Positions 1 through 11,939 of a stretch of 64,000 nucleotides of DNA are shown here, one piece after another; the stretch's first letter is position 1; each line of letters opens with the position of its first letter. The notes beneath the pieces are model-generated. The model was given only the letters and a program-made list of their open reading frames with translations. It was not told the origin of the DNA and made no database searches. Made by a program: the position numbers and the translations under genes. Source of the DNA: Octopus sinensis (Eukaryota); contig NC_043000.1 in the NCBI RefSeq assembly GCF_006345805.1, positions 30,070,001 through 30,134,000 of the forward strand, given 5' to 3'.

Positions 1-173
1 AGATTTAACGACCAGATCTCTCTCTGTCATCTCATGCCAGCATCATGAAAAAAAAGTGGTGGGGGTAGGAAGGATAAATTGGTTATATTGTGACAAAGAA
101 AACACGGGAACGCTTATCAGCCTAGGGCATCTGTTCGACCAGATATTGCGTGGTGTTAAACAATGAGAGAAAT

Positions 174-391
174 ATCCTTTTCTACTCTTGGCACAAGGCC
201 CGACATTTTTGGGGAGAGGACCAGCCGATTAGATCGACTCCAGTACGTAACTAGTACTTAATTTATCGACCCCGAATGGATGAAAGGCGAAGTCGACCCC
301 GGCGGAATTTGAACTCAAAACGTAAAGACAGGTGAAATATTGCTAAGCATTTCGCCCGGGGTGCTAACGTTTCTGCCAGCTCACCGCTTTA
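174..391 (-). mobile_element. tRNA-derived SINE, family A (Meta-domain-like core)
   Basis: Reverse complement reads GCGGTGAGCTGGCAGAAACGTTAGCA...GAGTTCAAATTCCGCCGGGGTCGACTTCGCCTTTCATCC...GGGGTCGATAAATTAAGTAC; about 10 copies in the window. Confidence 0.85.
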
Positions 392-1729
392 AACAACGAG
401 AAAAATATCAACAACCAAATTATTGCATTAAATGTAGCTTGTTTGAATTTTATATGTCGTTAACAAGTGTTCAATTCTTATCATTTCCGGAACTTGGCCT
501 GTCAACATGTTTTACGAATAAGCTCATAATTGAGAAGTTTTATTTACAGTTATATAAATTCAGTTGGGTTTATTGTTTAACCACAGGTCAAACTTAATCA
601 ATCAGATCTATGACGGGAGCCACGTCGGCTATGAAAATCCTGTCCTATATTTAAGAGTTATGTTGTCCAAACGGGAAAGCGCGTTACAAGATCGACAACC
701 GTTGGAACGTTGTTATTACGATTCCCGATGCGTTATGCTCTTGAGCAAAATACTTCATTTCACGTTGATCTACACATCTCAGCTGTATATGAATAAACAT
801 GAGAAGACCTGGTGTCCTGTTCAGGAACAAACTTGTGATATGCCATAGAAACATACAACTACCGCCTATGAGTCCAAGAACTGAAGACACTTCCTTAATA
901 ATTTTCGTTATCCAAAAATGTTCAATTTTTAAGATGAAAGAACTTGATATACAGGAAAATTTGATTGCTATTTCTGGCAGATTACGTGACCACGTAGAGA
1001 CACCCTATTTAGATATATAAGTTGCTCTTCCGTATCTAGATCTAATCTCTGTTGTTATAAAGCAGCTTAGAGAAGACGATCAACAAATCTATCGAGGGAT
1101 TTATCATTTACACACAAGAAGAGCTAGAGAGGGCGCCATACTTTCGTTGAGTTATTGCTATATTTTAAAGGGATTAACTTATTCAGTTATTTGTCGTATG
1201 ATGCAGAATAAATAGCACTATTTCCGGCGAGGATCAATAAAAACGACTGCTAAAACCGAGCAAGGAACAGAATCATCGAAACATCCAACGTAACCTGACA
1301 TCTGATACTAGATGCCATTCCGCTGAGAGACATTCGGTCGTCGCTGGAAAACTGGAAAACTAACAGAACAATAACTAAACCGAATAATTATGGAAATGTT
1401 AATTTTATCGATTTCTTGCTTCGCTTGAGCACAGAATAATCACAATATACTTATACTACTTAAATCCACGCGAGAATTCAAGTTACGATCACTGACTAGG
1501 CTTAATAATCCAACTGGGTTCTTAGTAGCGTTGTCAGCAGTTCATTTCGACAAATAAAACACGTCTTTAAGATGCTTACTTGCATGCATCTATAATTTTC
1601 TATAAACGTAGATGAAGATTAATAATCGAAATCAATAATTTGCAGCGATCTCATATTATGATTAAATTGTGTTCGCGAATGACAAGTTGGTTCGTATCCT
1701 ATTATTCATATTAAATGAAGCAAAATTAA

Positions 1730-1843
1730 GTGCGTGCGTATATATATATATATATATACATGTGATATACGTACATATATATGTGTGCGTATATGTACAT
1801 ACATGCATATATATTTATACACATATATGTTTACATATACATA

Positions 1844-1892
<49 letters not shown>

Positions 1893-1985
1893 ATACATAT
1901 ATATACATATATTCATATATTCTATATATATATATATATGAATTTAAATATATGTATATATATTATATATTTTTATATGTATGTT

Positions 1986-2016
<31 letters not shown>

Positions 2017-2207
2017 ATATGTATATATATATATATATACATATTTATACACATATATATATACATATATTTACATATATATATACATATGTATACATAT
2101 ATATAAATAAATATATATACATATATAAATATATATATATATGTAATGTATGTATATATATGTATATATGTATATATATGTATATGTATATACATATATA
2201 TATATAT

Positions 2208-2259
<52 letters not shown>

Positions 2260-2466
2260 TATTCGCTTAATTACACAAAGACAATGCAGCAAAAACAATC
2301 GTATATAATTTGTGAAGTTTCCTCGTCAGAAACAATTACAGTAAGAAATCAGAAATCACGGTGTAATGGCGAAACAAAACAAACTGCTGACGCACCCACC
2401 CACGAGCGAACCCCCCATTTATTGGGGGAGTGACTATATAAATATATATGTATATGTGTGTATATG

Positions 2467-2533
<67 letters not shown>

Positions 2534-2585
2534 ATATGTATATATGTATGAATGTACCTATGTATGCATATATATATATATCGAA
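1730..2585. repeat. (TA)n/(TG)n compound microsatellite tracts
   Basis: Direct inspection; source of the YI-repeat pseudo-ORFs. Confidence 0.95.
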
Positions 2586-2939
2586 TTGTCTTATGTGTTT
2601 GCTTACATCTTCATCCCAGATCCAGGAATGTTGATTTTAATGTTATTCAATGGATGTTGAATTTCGTAATAGTTATTCTTCGTTAATACTGGTAAATAGT
2701 AAGTAAGGTACCCAAGATATTTCTAATTAGACATGAACGTTGATTATATCTCGTTTCAATACGCTGTACATTCTGTCATTCGTTCATTTTGCCTCTTGCT
2801 AAAGCATGTAATATTTATCTCCAACTAAATATATGTTGAAGATTTTAGGTAACGTTTATATACTTCTTAAATATAAGATGTTGAATGTGACAGCAATTTG
2901 AAACACCGCTATCAACAGCACCTCCACCTCCATAACCAT

Positions 2940-3006
<67 letters not shown>

Positions 3007-3016
3007 CAGCAGCAGC

Positions 3017-3050
<34 letters not shown>

Positions 3051-3220
3051 ATTGTTGTTGTAGTAGTAGTAGTAGTAGTAGTAGTAGTTGTAGTAGTCGT
3101 AGTAGTAGTAGTAGTAGTAGCAGCAGTAGTAGTAGTAGTAGTAGTAGCAGTAGTAGTAGTAGTAGTAGTAACTGTAGTAGTAGTAGTAACTGTAGTAGTA
3201 GTAGTAGTAGTAGTAGTAGC
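2940..3220. repeat. (GTA)n/(GCA)n trinucleotide microsatellite
   Basis: About 90 GTA-type units; source of the poly-V/poly-Y pseudo-ORFs. Confidence 0.95.
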
Positions 3221-3509
3221 TGTGGGATGATTTGTTTATAGTGGTCAAGTTAACTCTCTCTCTCTCTCCATCCAAACGGGTGCACGGTGTTGCACTCGTC
3301 CAGTGTTGAACCGATCGCAAAGTAACGTCAAATGAAGTGATTTGCTCAAGAACACAACCCACTATCCGGTCTAAGAATTGAAACCACGACGTCGTGATCG
3401 TAACTGCAACACTCAAAATGTCAACCAAGAACGGTAAATCGATCAATTCAACGTAGAGACCTTTCGGTATTCATTTCGGACTAAACATAATAAGGTAATA
3501 CAGTTCTAC

Positions 3510-3680
3510 ATTTAAGAGATGAGGAATTATGTACATTATTTAAATTATTTACATTTGATATTTGTCCTTATTTTGTTTATTGTTAACACAACGTTTCGGC
3601 TGATAAAACTCTCAAGCCTTCATCAGGTGTCTTGGGGAAATTTCGAACCTGGGTTCTCATTCCTAAGGTATTTTTTTATG

Positions 3681-3683
<3 letters not shown>
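3510..3683 (-). mobile_element. Penelope pseudo-LTR (pLTR) copy carrying a hammerhead motif
   Basis: Homologous to 58657-58800 (3' end of the Penelope element) and, inverted, to 5922-6080. Confidence 0.8.
3585..3631 (-). ncRNA. Minimal type I hammerhead ribozyme motif
   Basis: Minus strand gacac-CTGATGA-A-GGCT..AGCC-GAAA-CGTT-gtgtt: intact core, stems I and II, palindromic ACGT stem III. Confidence 0.8.
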
Positions 3684-3730
<47 letters not shown>

Positions 3731-3746
3731 GTTATTGTTATTATTG

Positions 3747-4605
3747 CCATTGCACAGCTTCTAATACTGGAGATGTACTACAGTGTCAGCCTTTCACTAC
3801 CAGTGAACTAAGGTAACACCTCTTATTTTTCGAGCATCTTCCAGAGTATTCGAGCGGTTCCACGCAGTGCTGTTTTCTTCAAATGCTCCACCCTTATTGC
3901 AGGCCCTATTTGTTCCACGTACTTTTCAAGATTTTTACTCACTGTTTCCAGGGCTCCGACAATTATTGGTGCTACTGCTACCTTTTTCATCGACCACAAC
4001 TGCTTAACCTCCCACGCTAACCTGTCATATCTCTCAACTTTATTTTCTTCCTTATCGCATACCTTGTTGTCAGCTGGGCACGCTACATCTATGATCCACC
4101 ATAGTTTGTTTCCTTTCTCAATTAAGACTATATCCGGTTTCCTATTCTCTATCTCATGTTCGCACTGAATCATAAAATTCCATAGGACCTCTGCATTTCT
4201 ATGTTCGGCAATGCTTTCAGGTTTGTGGCCGTACCAAATTTTTGCTCTATCAAGTCCATACTTGTTGCAGAGCCTCGCTGTATTGACGTGGTATCTCTTA
4301 TATTCCTTCTGGGCTAGTGGCGTACATTGGCTGGTAATATGCAATACGGCTTCACAGTTTTGTCCACAGATTCTGCGCTTATTACTTTCTGCTGTGTTGT
4401 CTATTCTGTATTTTATGTAGCTTGTTGTTAGTGCTTGCTCTTGGGCAGTATAGATTAGAGTCTCCGTTTGCGCTTTTAAATTACTTATAGTCATCCACAG
4501 CCATCTTTTTTCTCTGTTTGTCTTATCTTCAACATCTCTATGAAATTGATCATGCATTCTTTTCTTCACCCACCTATTTTCAGTTTCATTCGTTTTCTTA
4601 GTTTT
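3747..4605 (-). pseudogene. R4/Dong-clade non-LTR retrotransposon 3' part (zinc knuckle + restriction-like endonuclease) with 3' UTR
   Basis: ORF 3823-4569 has AQEQAL, decayed CCHC (RICG..LHITSQC), RKPDIVLI..IIDVACP, K..RY and PIIVGAL motifs; 3' end abuts (TAA)n. Confidence 0.85.
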
Positions 4606-4609
4606 ATAG

Positions 4610-5150
4610 GTATAGGTAGAGAGGTAAAATCAAATGTATGGACGGGCTAACGATGCCGTGGGGGAAGGTTATGAAGCAGATAGAAGAGACGGGCTATAAG
4701 TACTTGGGGATTGTGGAAATGGATAAATTGATGGAGGAAGAAATGACAGAAAAATTTAAGATGGAGTACTTGTGCAGTCTGAGACTGATCCACAATTCGA
4801 AATTAAATGAACAGAATAAGATCGAAGCTATCAACACCTGGGTGGTTTCACTCCTTAGATATGGAGCAGGGGTAATCTCATGGACAGTAGACGAACTAAA
4901 CAGCTTAGACAAAAAGACAAGGAAGTTGCCAACTACATATGGATCACTCCACCCAAAAAGTGCTACAGACATACTGTATTTACCAAGAAAAAGAGGAGGA
5001 AGAGGACTTATTGTATATGAACACAGCATTAGAGCAGAAGAAAACAGCATAGCATGTTATGTAAAAAAAAGCCACAGAACCGCTATTATTAGAGGTAGGA
5101 AGGTCAGCTTTGTGTAGGATGAAAGATAGCAAAGATAAAGCACTATACAA
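4610..5150 (+). pseudogene. R4/Dong RT C-terminal (thumb) fragment, inverted relative to the endonuclease part
   Basis: ORF 4638-5117 has YKYLGI, NKIEAINTW, LRYGAG and LYLPRKRGGRGL. Confidence 0.85.
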
Positions 5151-5164
5151 GAAATTATTATTAT

Positions 5165-5720
5165 TGAGTGAGAGAGCAGTACATGACATCAAAGTGACAC
5201 TGGGGTAAAATATACGAAGCCCAGTATACCCATCATGACTACCCGTCTGATAAGGGTACACCAGGCACATGCATCACAACCATATGTGCGCGACATGCTG
5301 ATCTTATATCAAGATAAACAGCACATGACCTTGCAGGTGGAGCCCAGTTAGAATTTTTTTCAGGTCGAGTAACCCATCCCGCTCAAAAGGTCCCTGAATA
5401 AAGGTTGTTTAAGGATGATGAACGAAACACCCATGTTTCCAGAGGTGAATTATTGAAACCCCAAAGAATCCCTCTCAACGCATGGCTATGATGCTCCCCC
5501 ACTACTTCTGCTTGTGATCATGATGCACATATCGTCAGCCACTAAGGGACATGCTCAACTGGTTAAGGCTAAACAACTGACAAGCAAATCTGTGGTATTG
5601 AGCAGAATATTTGCTGTAGCCCATCTTTTATTCTAAGACAAAACAATGTACATGATAACACTTCCAATCAGTTAAGATCAGAAACCATGAGAGTAAATGT
5701 CTGGTACTGCATCAGGGCAT
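5165..5720 (-). mobile_element. About 555-bp non-coding interspersed element in (TAA)n, copy 1
   Basis: Highly similar to 40909-41494 and 41565-42119; all bounded by (TTA)n; strand inferred from the Dong-like (TAA)n polarity. Confidence 0.8.
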
Positions 5721-5751
5721 TACAAAATTATTATTATCATTATTATTATTA

Positions 5752-5783
<32 letters not shown>

Positions 5784-5837
5784 GATTTCGCCTCTCTACC
5801 TATATCTATAAAACTAAGAAAAATGAATGAAACTGAA

Positions 5838-5920
<83 letters not shown>

Positions 5921-5921
5921 C

Positions 5922-6080
5922 AACATCGAAAATTACCTTAGGTATGAGAACCCAGGTTCGAAATTTCCCCAAGACACCCGATAAATGCTGGAGGGTATAT
6001 CAGCCGAAATGTTGGGTTAACAAAAAAAAAAAAAAAAAATTGATGAGGACAAATATCCGGCAAATGTAAATGATGTTTAT
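5922..6080 (+). mobile_element. Penelope pLTR copy with decayed hammerhead (CCGATAA...GAAATGTT)
   Basis: Inverted homolog of 3510-3683. Confidence 0.75.
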
Positions 6081-6727
6081 AATAAAGTGTTGCAGACCGA
6101 AAATCGATAAAGCGAAAAGTGATACATTTATAGGAAATGCTGCGCTCATTTTTTTAAATACTTGTTGAAGTGACATCCTTTGATATGTATCACCCTACAA
6201 ACCTTGGAAGAAATATTATCTGTTTTTTGAATCCATATCAACTCAGATTTCGGAATTATCATATCACTCGGTCGGCGACATTGCACCTGGAAATTTAATG
6301 TAACACAACACCAGTTTAAGACTTTATTGACGAGATATTTGAATCCACTGTATTGAATTTAGCGTCAATAAACACCACAAATCTGTCAGTGGCTTCTCTC
6401 GTAGTTTATAGAATTGTGCTCTGTTAGTATATTTAACCCTTTTCCAATGTGAATATGTAAGGCATCGGATACTATTTCAGTTTACTTGATGCTTCCTGCG
6501 AATGAATGCATAGAACGAGAAAACACAAGAGAAACTGCCCAATATGTTACAGCCAATAACACAGCAGTACAAATTAAACTAAAGCTTTCAAATGCTTCTC
6601 ATAAAAGTTTGGAACGTTGAACTGTGGGAAATCACTGAAAATGCTTTTGGCTTCATATTTCTTGTAAGTCTCAATCGTAGATTTTATCTCTTTCGCAAAA
6701 TCATATGCGAATAATATATATCGTTTT

Positions 6728-7145
6728 AAGGCGGCGAGCTGGAAAAGTCGTTAGCAAGCAGGCGAAAATGCTTAGCGGTATTTCGTCTGCCGCTACGTTC
6801 TGAGTTCAAATTCCGCCGAGGTCGACTTTGCCTTTCATCATCTCGGGGTGGATAAAGTAAGTACCAGTAACGCGCTGGGGTTGATGTAATCGACGTAATC
6901 CCTTTGTCTGTCCTTGTTTGTCCTCTCTATGTTTAGCTCCATGTGGGCAATAAAGAAATAAGAATCGTTAGCACGCCGGACAAAATGCTTTTGCACGTCT
7001 TTACGTTCTGAGCTCGAAGTTCACCGTGATCGACTTTGCCTTTGATTCTTGTGATGGTGGTAAATCAAATGCCAGTCGAGCACTTGGGTCGATGAAATCG
7101 ACTTACGCTGTCCTCCGGCATTGCTGGCCTTGTGCCTAAACTCCA
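6728..7145 (+). mobile_element. Two tandem family A SINEs (full-length + partial)
   Basis: AAGGCGGCGAGCTGG head, GAGTTCAAATTCC B-box, GTCGACTTTGCCTTTCATC core. Confidence 0.85.
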
Positions 7146-7152
7146 CACCAAT

Positions 7153-7355
7153 ATTCTTTTCTACTCTAGGCACAAGGTCGGAAATTTTGGGGGAGGGTAT
7201 TAGAGCGACCCCAGTACGCAACTGGTACTAAATTCATCGACCTCGAAAGGATGAAAGTCGACCGCGGTGGAATTGGAACTCAGAACGTAAAGATTGACGA
7301 AATACCACTAAGCATTTCGCCCGGCGCGTCAACGTTTCTGCCAGCTCGCCGCCTT
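7153..7355 (-). mobile_element. Family A SINE
   Basis: Same consensus on the minus strand. Confidence 0.85.
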
Positions 7356-8331
7356 AACTATTATTGATATATTGTTGATATTTATTTTCAGTTTCGTTAC
7401 TATTTTCGCAAGGAGAAATGTCGTTGTTGAGTAGAAGGACTGGGCCGAGTGACCATTGCGAAAACAAAAAAACTAGTGACCTTCCTACTTCTAATAATAG
7501 CGGTTCTGTGGCTTTTTTTTACATAACATGCTATGCTGTTTTCTTCTGATCTAATGCTGTGTTCATATACAACTAGTGTCTGAAATTTGTCTGGATCGGA
7601 ACGTGTGTAATAAACACTCTGAGTGCAGCAGAGGCCGCTGATCTTCGTAGTAGTGATAAAACAAGCAGATGCGAGACTGCAAGTTGTTTATTATATACTA
7701 TTCAGTGAGACACAAAACGCAGGCTATCTATCTTTTAGTTCTAAGATTGTCAACTTCGCCATTCAGCTCCAGTGATCCTCTAACAATTACACATCAATCA
7801 TATAAACGAAAGTTTTTTTATCTTTTGAAACCACTTATAACAGAATATGAGAATATATAATTTCTATACGGAATAATAATTGTCGTTTGCACACATGCAC
7901 AATCGTTGCTGTCATCTAATAAATTGTGTACTGCATATTAAACAGAGAAGACAACAATTCTTCAAAGACGAACAAATTGTTGTTATTGCTGTTGAATATA
8001 TCTACCAAGATCTATTGAGGGAATGACATCGTGACTTACATTTAAATAGCAAAGATATGAATTATGGGTTTGTACAAAATTATGCAAAATATGTCATGTT
8101 CTTGTAAGACGTTAGGAACTGATGTCATTGTGTGTTTTAAAAGTTAGCGTCGTCTCAACGTGGATTCAAGCTTGATCTCACTCTGGGTGTATTGCGCAAG
8201 TATTGTCCAACCATCTACAACGGGCTGGGGCAGGTCAGTGCCTAGTGACGGGAGTTTGTTAGATAGAACCAGTGGAAATGCCATCTTATGTATATGTACA
8301 TATGTATGTGTACATATATTTGTATACACAC

Positions 8332-8365
<34 letters not shown>

Positions 8366-8397
8366 ATGTGTATATATATATATATATATGTGTGTGT

Positions 8398-8438
<41 letters not shown>

Positions 8439-8619
8439 TGTGTGTATATTCTTTTAAAAACTTTTCTTCTAATTTTTCCAAAATTAAATTATTTTCCGTA
8501 CTTACGGTTGAGAAAGACCTCAATGACTGATACCGGTACTGAAATGTTTTTATAAGATTATTTTAGCATTTTCTACCTTGACTTTTTTCCATATATATAT
8601 ATATATATTATATATATAT

Positions 8620-8663
<44 letters not shown>

Positions 8664-8780
8664 TGTATGTATGTATGTATGTATGAATGTATGTATGTAT
8701 GCATGTATAAATGAAGCAGTCACGCAATAGAGGACAATAAAACATCTGGACAAAGGCGGACAGAAAAAAAGGACGGCTCA

Positions 8781-8841
8781 TAGTGACCTCCTTTCATCAG
8801 TGAAGTTTCTAGATGGTCCTTACAGTTTCGGGCAGTTACTA
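8781..8841 (-). ncRNA. Permuted (type II-like) hammerhead motif
   Basis: Minus strand tagtaactgccc-GAAA-ctg-TA-(20 nt)-CTGATGA-aaggaggtcacta; outer arms pair imperfectly. Confidence 0.5.
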
Positions 8842-10554
8842 TTGAGATTTTCAAATCTGGTTGCCCTACAAAAGTTTAAGCTAAGAGCAGTAGATCTTTG
8901 TAAGGAATCAAGCGAATATGTACAACAACAAAGACAAAACATGGAGAACATGTTACACTCCAATAATGGTAGAATCGTAAGGACGGCGTCATGATGTAAG
9001 GCGTGACCTGGGCGTATATAACGGATCAAACTTAGTTCATAGTTATCACAGCTGATATATTTCCTGTAGACGGATAGAAAAAGGAGTAGAGAGAGAGGGA
9101 GAGAGAGAGAGAGAGACGGAGAAGAGTGGCAATAAACCATTTCAGTCCATACAAGGATGAAAAGCTACGTTAACCTACGCAGAATTTGAAATCAGTGGGC
9201 CAAAAACCAGAACCAGTTTTGCAAATTTTTCTACCTAATGCGATATCAACCTCTTATGTATGCTTAAACGTATGTATACTTATCTTTCTGTCTATATGTC
9301 AGTCTGCCCTGCCCCCCATCTCTCTCTATTTGTGCTTCAGAGTGTGTACGCATGCGTGCATGAATGAATGCAGGCATCTGTGATCAAGTAAGTTATCTGT
9401 AGCGACATTAAACGAAGAAATTGGGTGTGTAGATAAAATAAGTCCGGGTGTCAATATGATCGAATAAAAATCAAAAAGCTGCTACTCCAGTATGGCCAAA
9501 TTCCTACAACAAACGCCAAGCAAAAGAATAACTGCAGAATGGGACCGACAAAGTAAACTTTTGTCTGTATGTAGTAATTTAACATGTCCACTGCAAGCCG
9601 CATAATATTGATTTATTACATAATATATACAACAGAGGGCATAATTATCGGCTTCCGTTATATTAAATTTACACTTCAAGCGTTGCCGCGAAGGCGAGGG
9701 TAAATCTTTTAACCCGAAAACGCAAGGAAATGGGATAGTCCTTTGTCGCTTTGTCAGCAGATTGACTCACTATCGACCTTGCTATACACGTTGTAATAAC
9801 AGTATTATACAGATGTGTAACCATGTACATAGTTAACGTTGATCTCGGGCTAGAAGACATGATGTTTGAAAAGAAACATCGCTCGGTTTTTCTGTTTGCC
9901 TGAAGACAATATGGCTACATGGCTGCTTCATTGACACGAGCTTAACATGTCGTAGATCAATAACAGCGACATAATCTCATGTGTAGCAACTCAATCAATA
10001 CGGAGATGTAAATCTTGTCGATCTAAGAACACGAAATGTAAAGAAATACAAGATGGATTCTACGTTTGTTTTAAAATACGTAATTAAATGTTATTAAGCG
10101 GGGAAAACAACTTGTCGAGACTTGCTTATAAAGGCAAAGAATCGAAAGTAAAATGTATTGGAAGTTTTAATGTATTTTAGCTAATACCTGGATAACAGAC
10201 ATGAAAATATGTTAAATTCCAAACCTTTTGCAGGAGAGAGTATTACATTCTCAGAGATCTATATCTATATCTGTACATACAAAGAATGATATAAGCGATG
10301 TTTCCAAAATTGAACAAAAAAAGATTAAACCATGCAGAAATATGAGGTTAGAATTCTTGTCTCAGACTTCTCCTGACAAAATTTCTTTAGTTCTTCGAAG
10401 ATATTTAAACACGCCTTTATCTCGTAAATACATTGGTTGTTTTAACAGACTTGCTACTGGGAACAACTGTTCTCACTCCAACAAACTCACGAAACACAAT
10501 TTTACAAACGCTGATGTTGTTTATTTTTAGTGGTGGGCGTATTTGATATTTTCG

Positions 10555-10753
10555 AAAGTTATCTAGCACGCCGGGTGAAATGCTTAGCGGTATTTCGTCT
10601 GTCTTAACGTTCTGGGTTCAAATTCCGCCGAAGTCGACTTTGCCTTTCATCCTTTCGGAGTCGATAAATTAAGTATCAGTTGTGTACTGGAGTTGGTCCA
10701 ATTGACTGTCCCCCTCGCCAAAAATTTCGGGCCTTGTGCCTAGAGTAGAAAAG
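10555..10753 (+). mobile_element. Family A SINE
   Basis: Consensus match. Confidence 0.85.
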
Positions 10754-10791
10754 AATGATATGTAGCACAAAAATAAACCTATGCGTATATG

Positions 10792-10877
<86 letters not shown>

Positions 10878-10881
<4 letters not shown>

Positions 10882-11304
10882 ATACTAGGCATCTCAATAT
10901 GGCTAACCACTAAGGGTGGGTGTTACTGTAGCTTCTAGACCCATGAGAACATCGTCTCCAGCTGGCTTTGAGCACACTTTCTGTGCCCTTATGGTATTTT
11001 CAAAGGGAGGTCATTCCTCCCTCGTCAACCTAAGCGATACGCATGGACGGAAATTTCTAGGTATTGACCTGTCGTCGGCGTACGACAATCACCGGTTTTC
11101 GATGAAGGGATGTCCCAATGCAAATACTTTTATCGTTTTTCCAGTAACTTAGGTTGACGAGGGAGGGATGACCTCCCTTTGCAAATACCATAAGGGCACA
11201 GAAAGTGTGCCTAAAGCCAGCTGGAGACGATGTTCTCCTGGGGCTACAAGCTACAGTAACACCCACCCTTAGTGGTTAGCCATATTGAGATGGCTAGTAT
11301 ACCT
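10878..11304 (-). mobile_element. Foldback element: about 157-bp inverted arms around a decayed hammerhead motif
   Basis: 10878-11034 is the reverse complement of 11148-11304; minus strand 11038-11082 reads tacg-CCGACGA-c-AGGT..ACCT-a-GAAA...TG-cgta. Confidence 0.75.
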
Positions 11305-11349
11305 TACATTGTCGTGCAGTTTCTGTTTATATCTCGTTCAGATATTTAT

Positions 11350-11406
<57 letters not shown>

Positions 11407-11939
11407 ATATATACATATATGAATGTATGTATGTATGTATATATGTATATATTTATGAGAGGTATTGGCGTCCGGGAGACACAAGGTGGTAGGTAAGTGC
11501 TAAGGAAGGACCGTAGTTAAACTCTCGGTTCGATAATAATACGAGTAAGGAGTCTAGTGCGGATCTTATATGAGAATGTATATCTATGAGAATGTATATA
11601 TATTTATAAATATATCAAATAATGTAAAGCTAATCTTGTGTATATGTTCGCATGTGTATGCGTATATACATGCATTTATGTGTATGCCTGTGTGTGCATA
11701 TATATTTATATATACATATGTGTGTATCTATGTATATGTATGTTTGTATGTGCATGTGTACGTATGCATGTGTACGCATGCATGTGTATGTGTGTATATG
11801 TATGAACGTGTATATTTATGTGTGTGAATGTGTATATATATGCATGCATGTATACGGGTTTAAATACACAAGTATGCAGGCCTATATAATAATGCATACG
11901 CACACACATATGTACATGTGTGCGTGCGTATGTCGATAT

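Noticed and set aside
640-1400. Higher-complexity stretch with short ORFs
   Set aside because: No recognisable domain or splice structure; may be an old transposon remnant but cannot be supported.
1669-3446. Long ORFs rich in YI, V, Y or CV repeats (and many similar ones across the window)
   Set aside because: They are translations of stop-free microsatellites with no protein signal.
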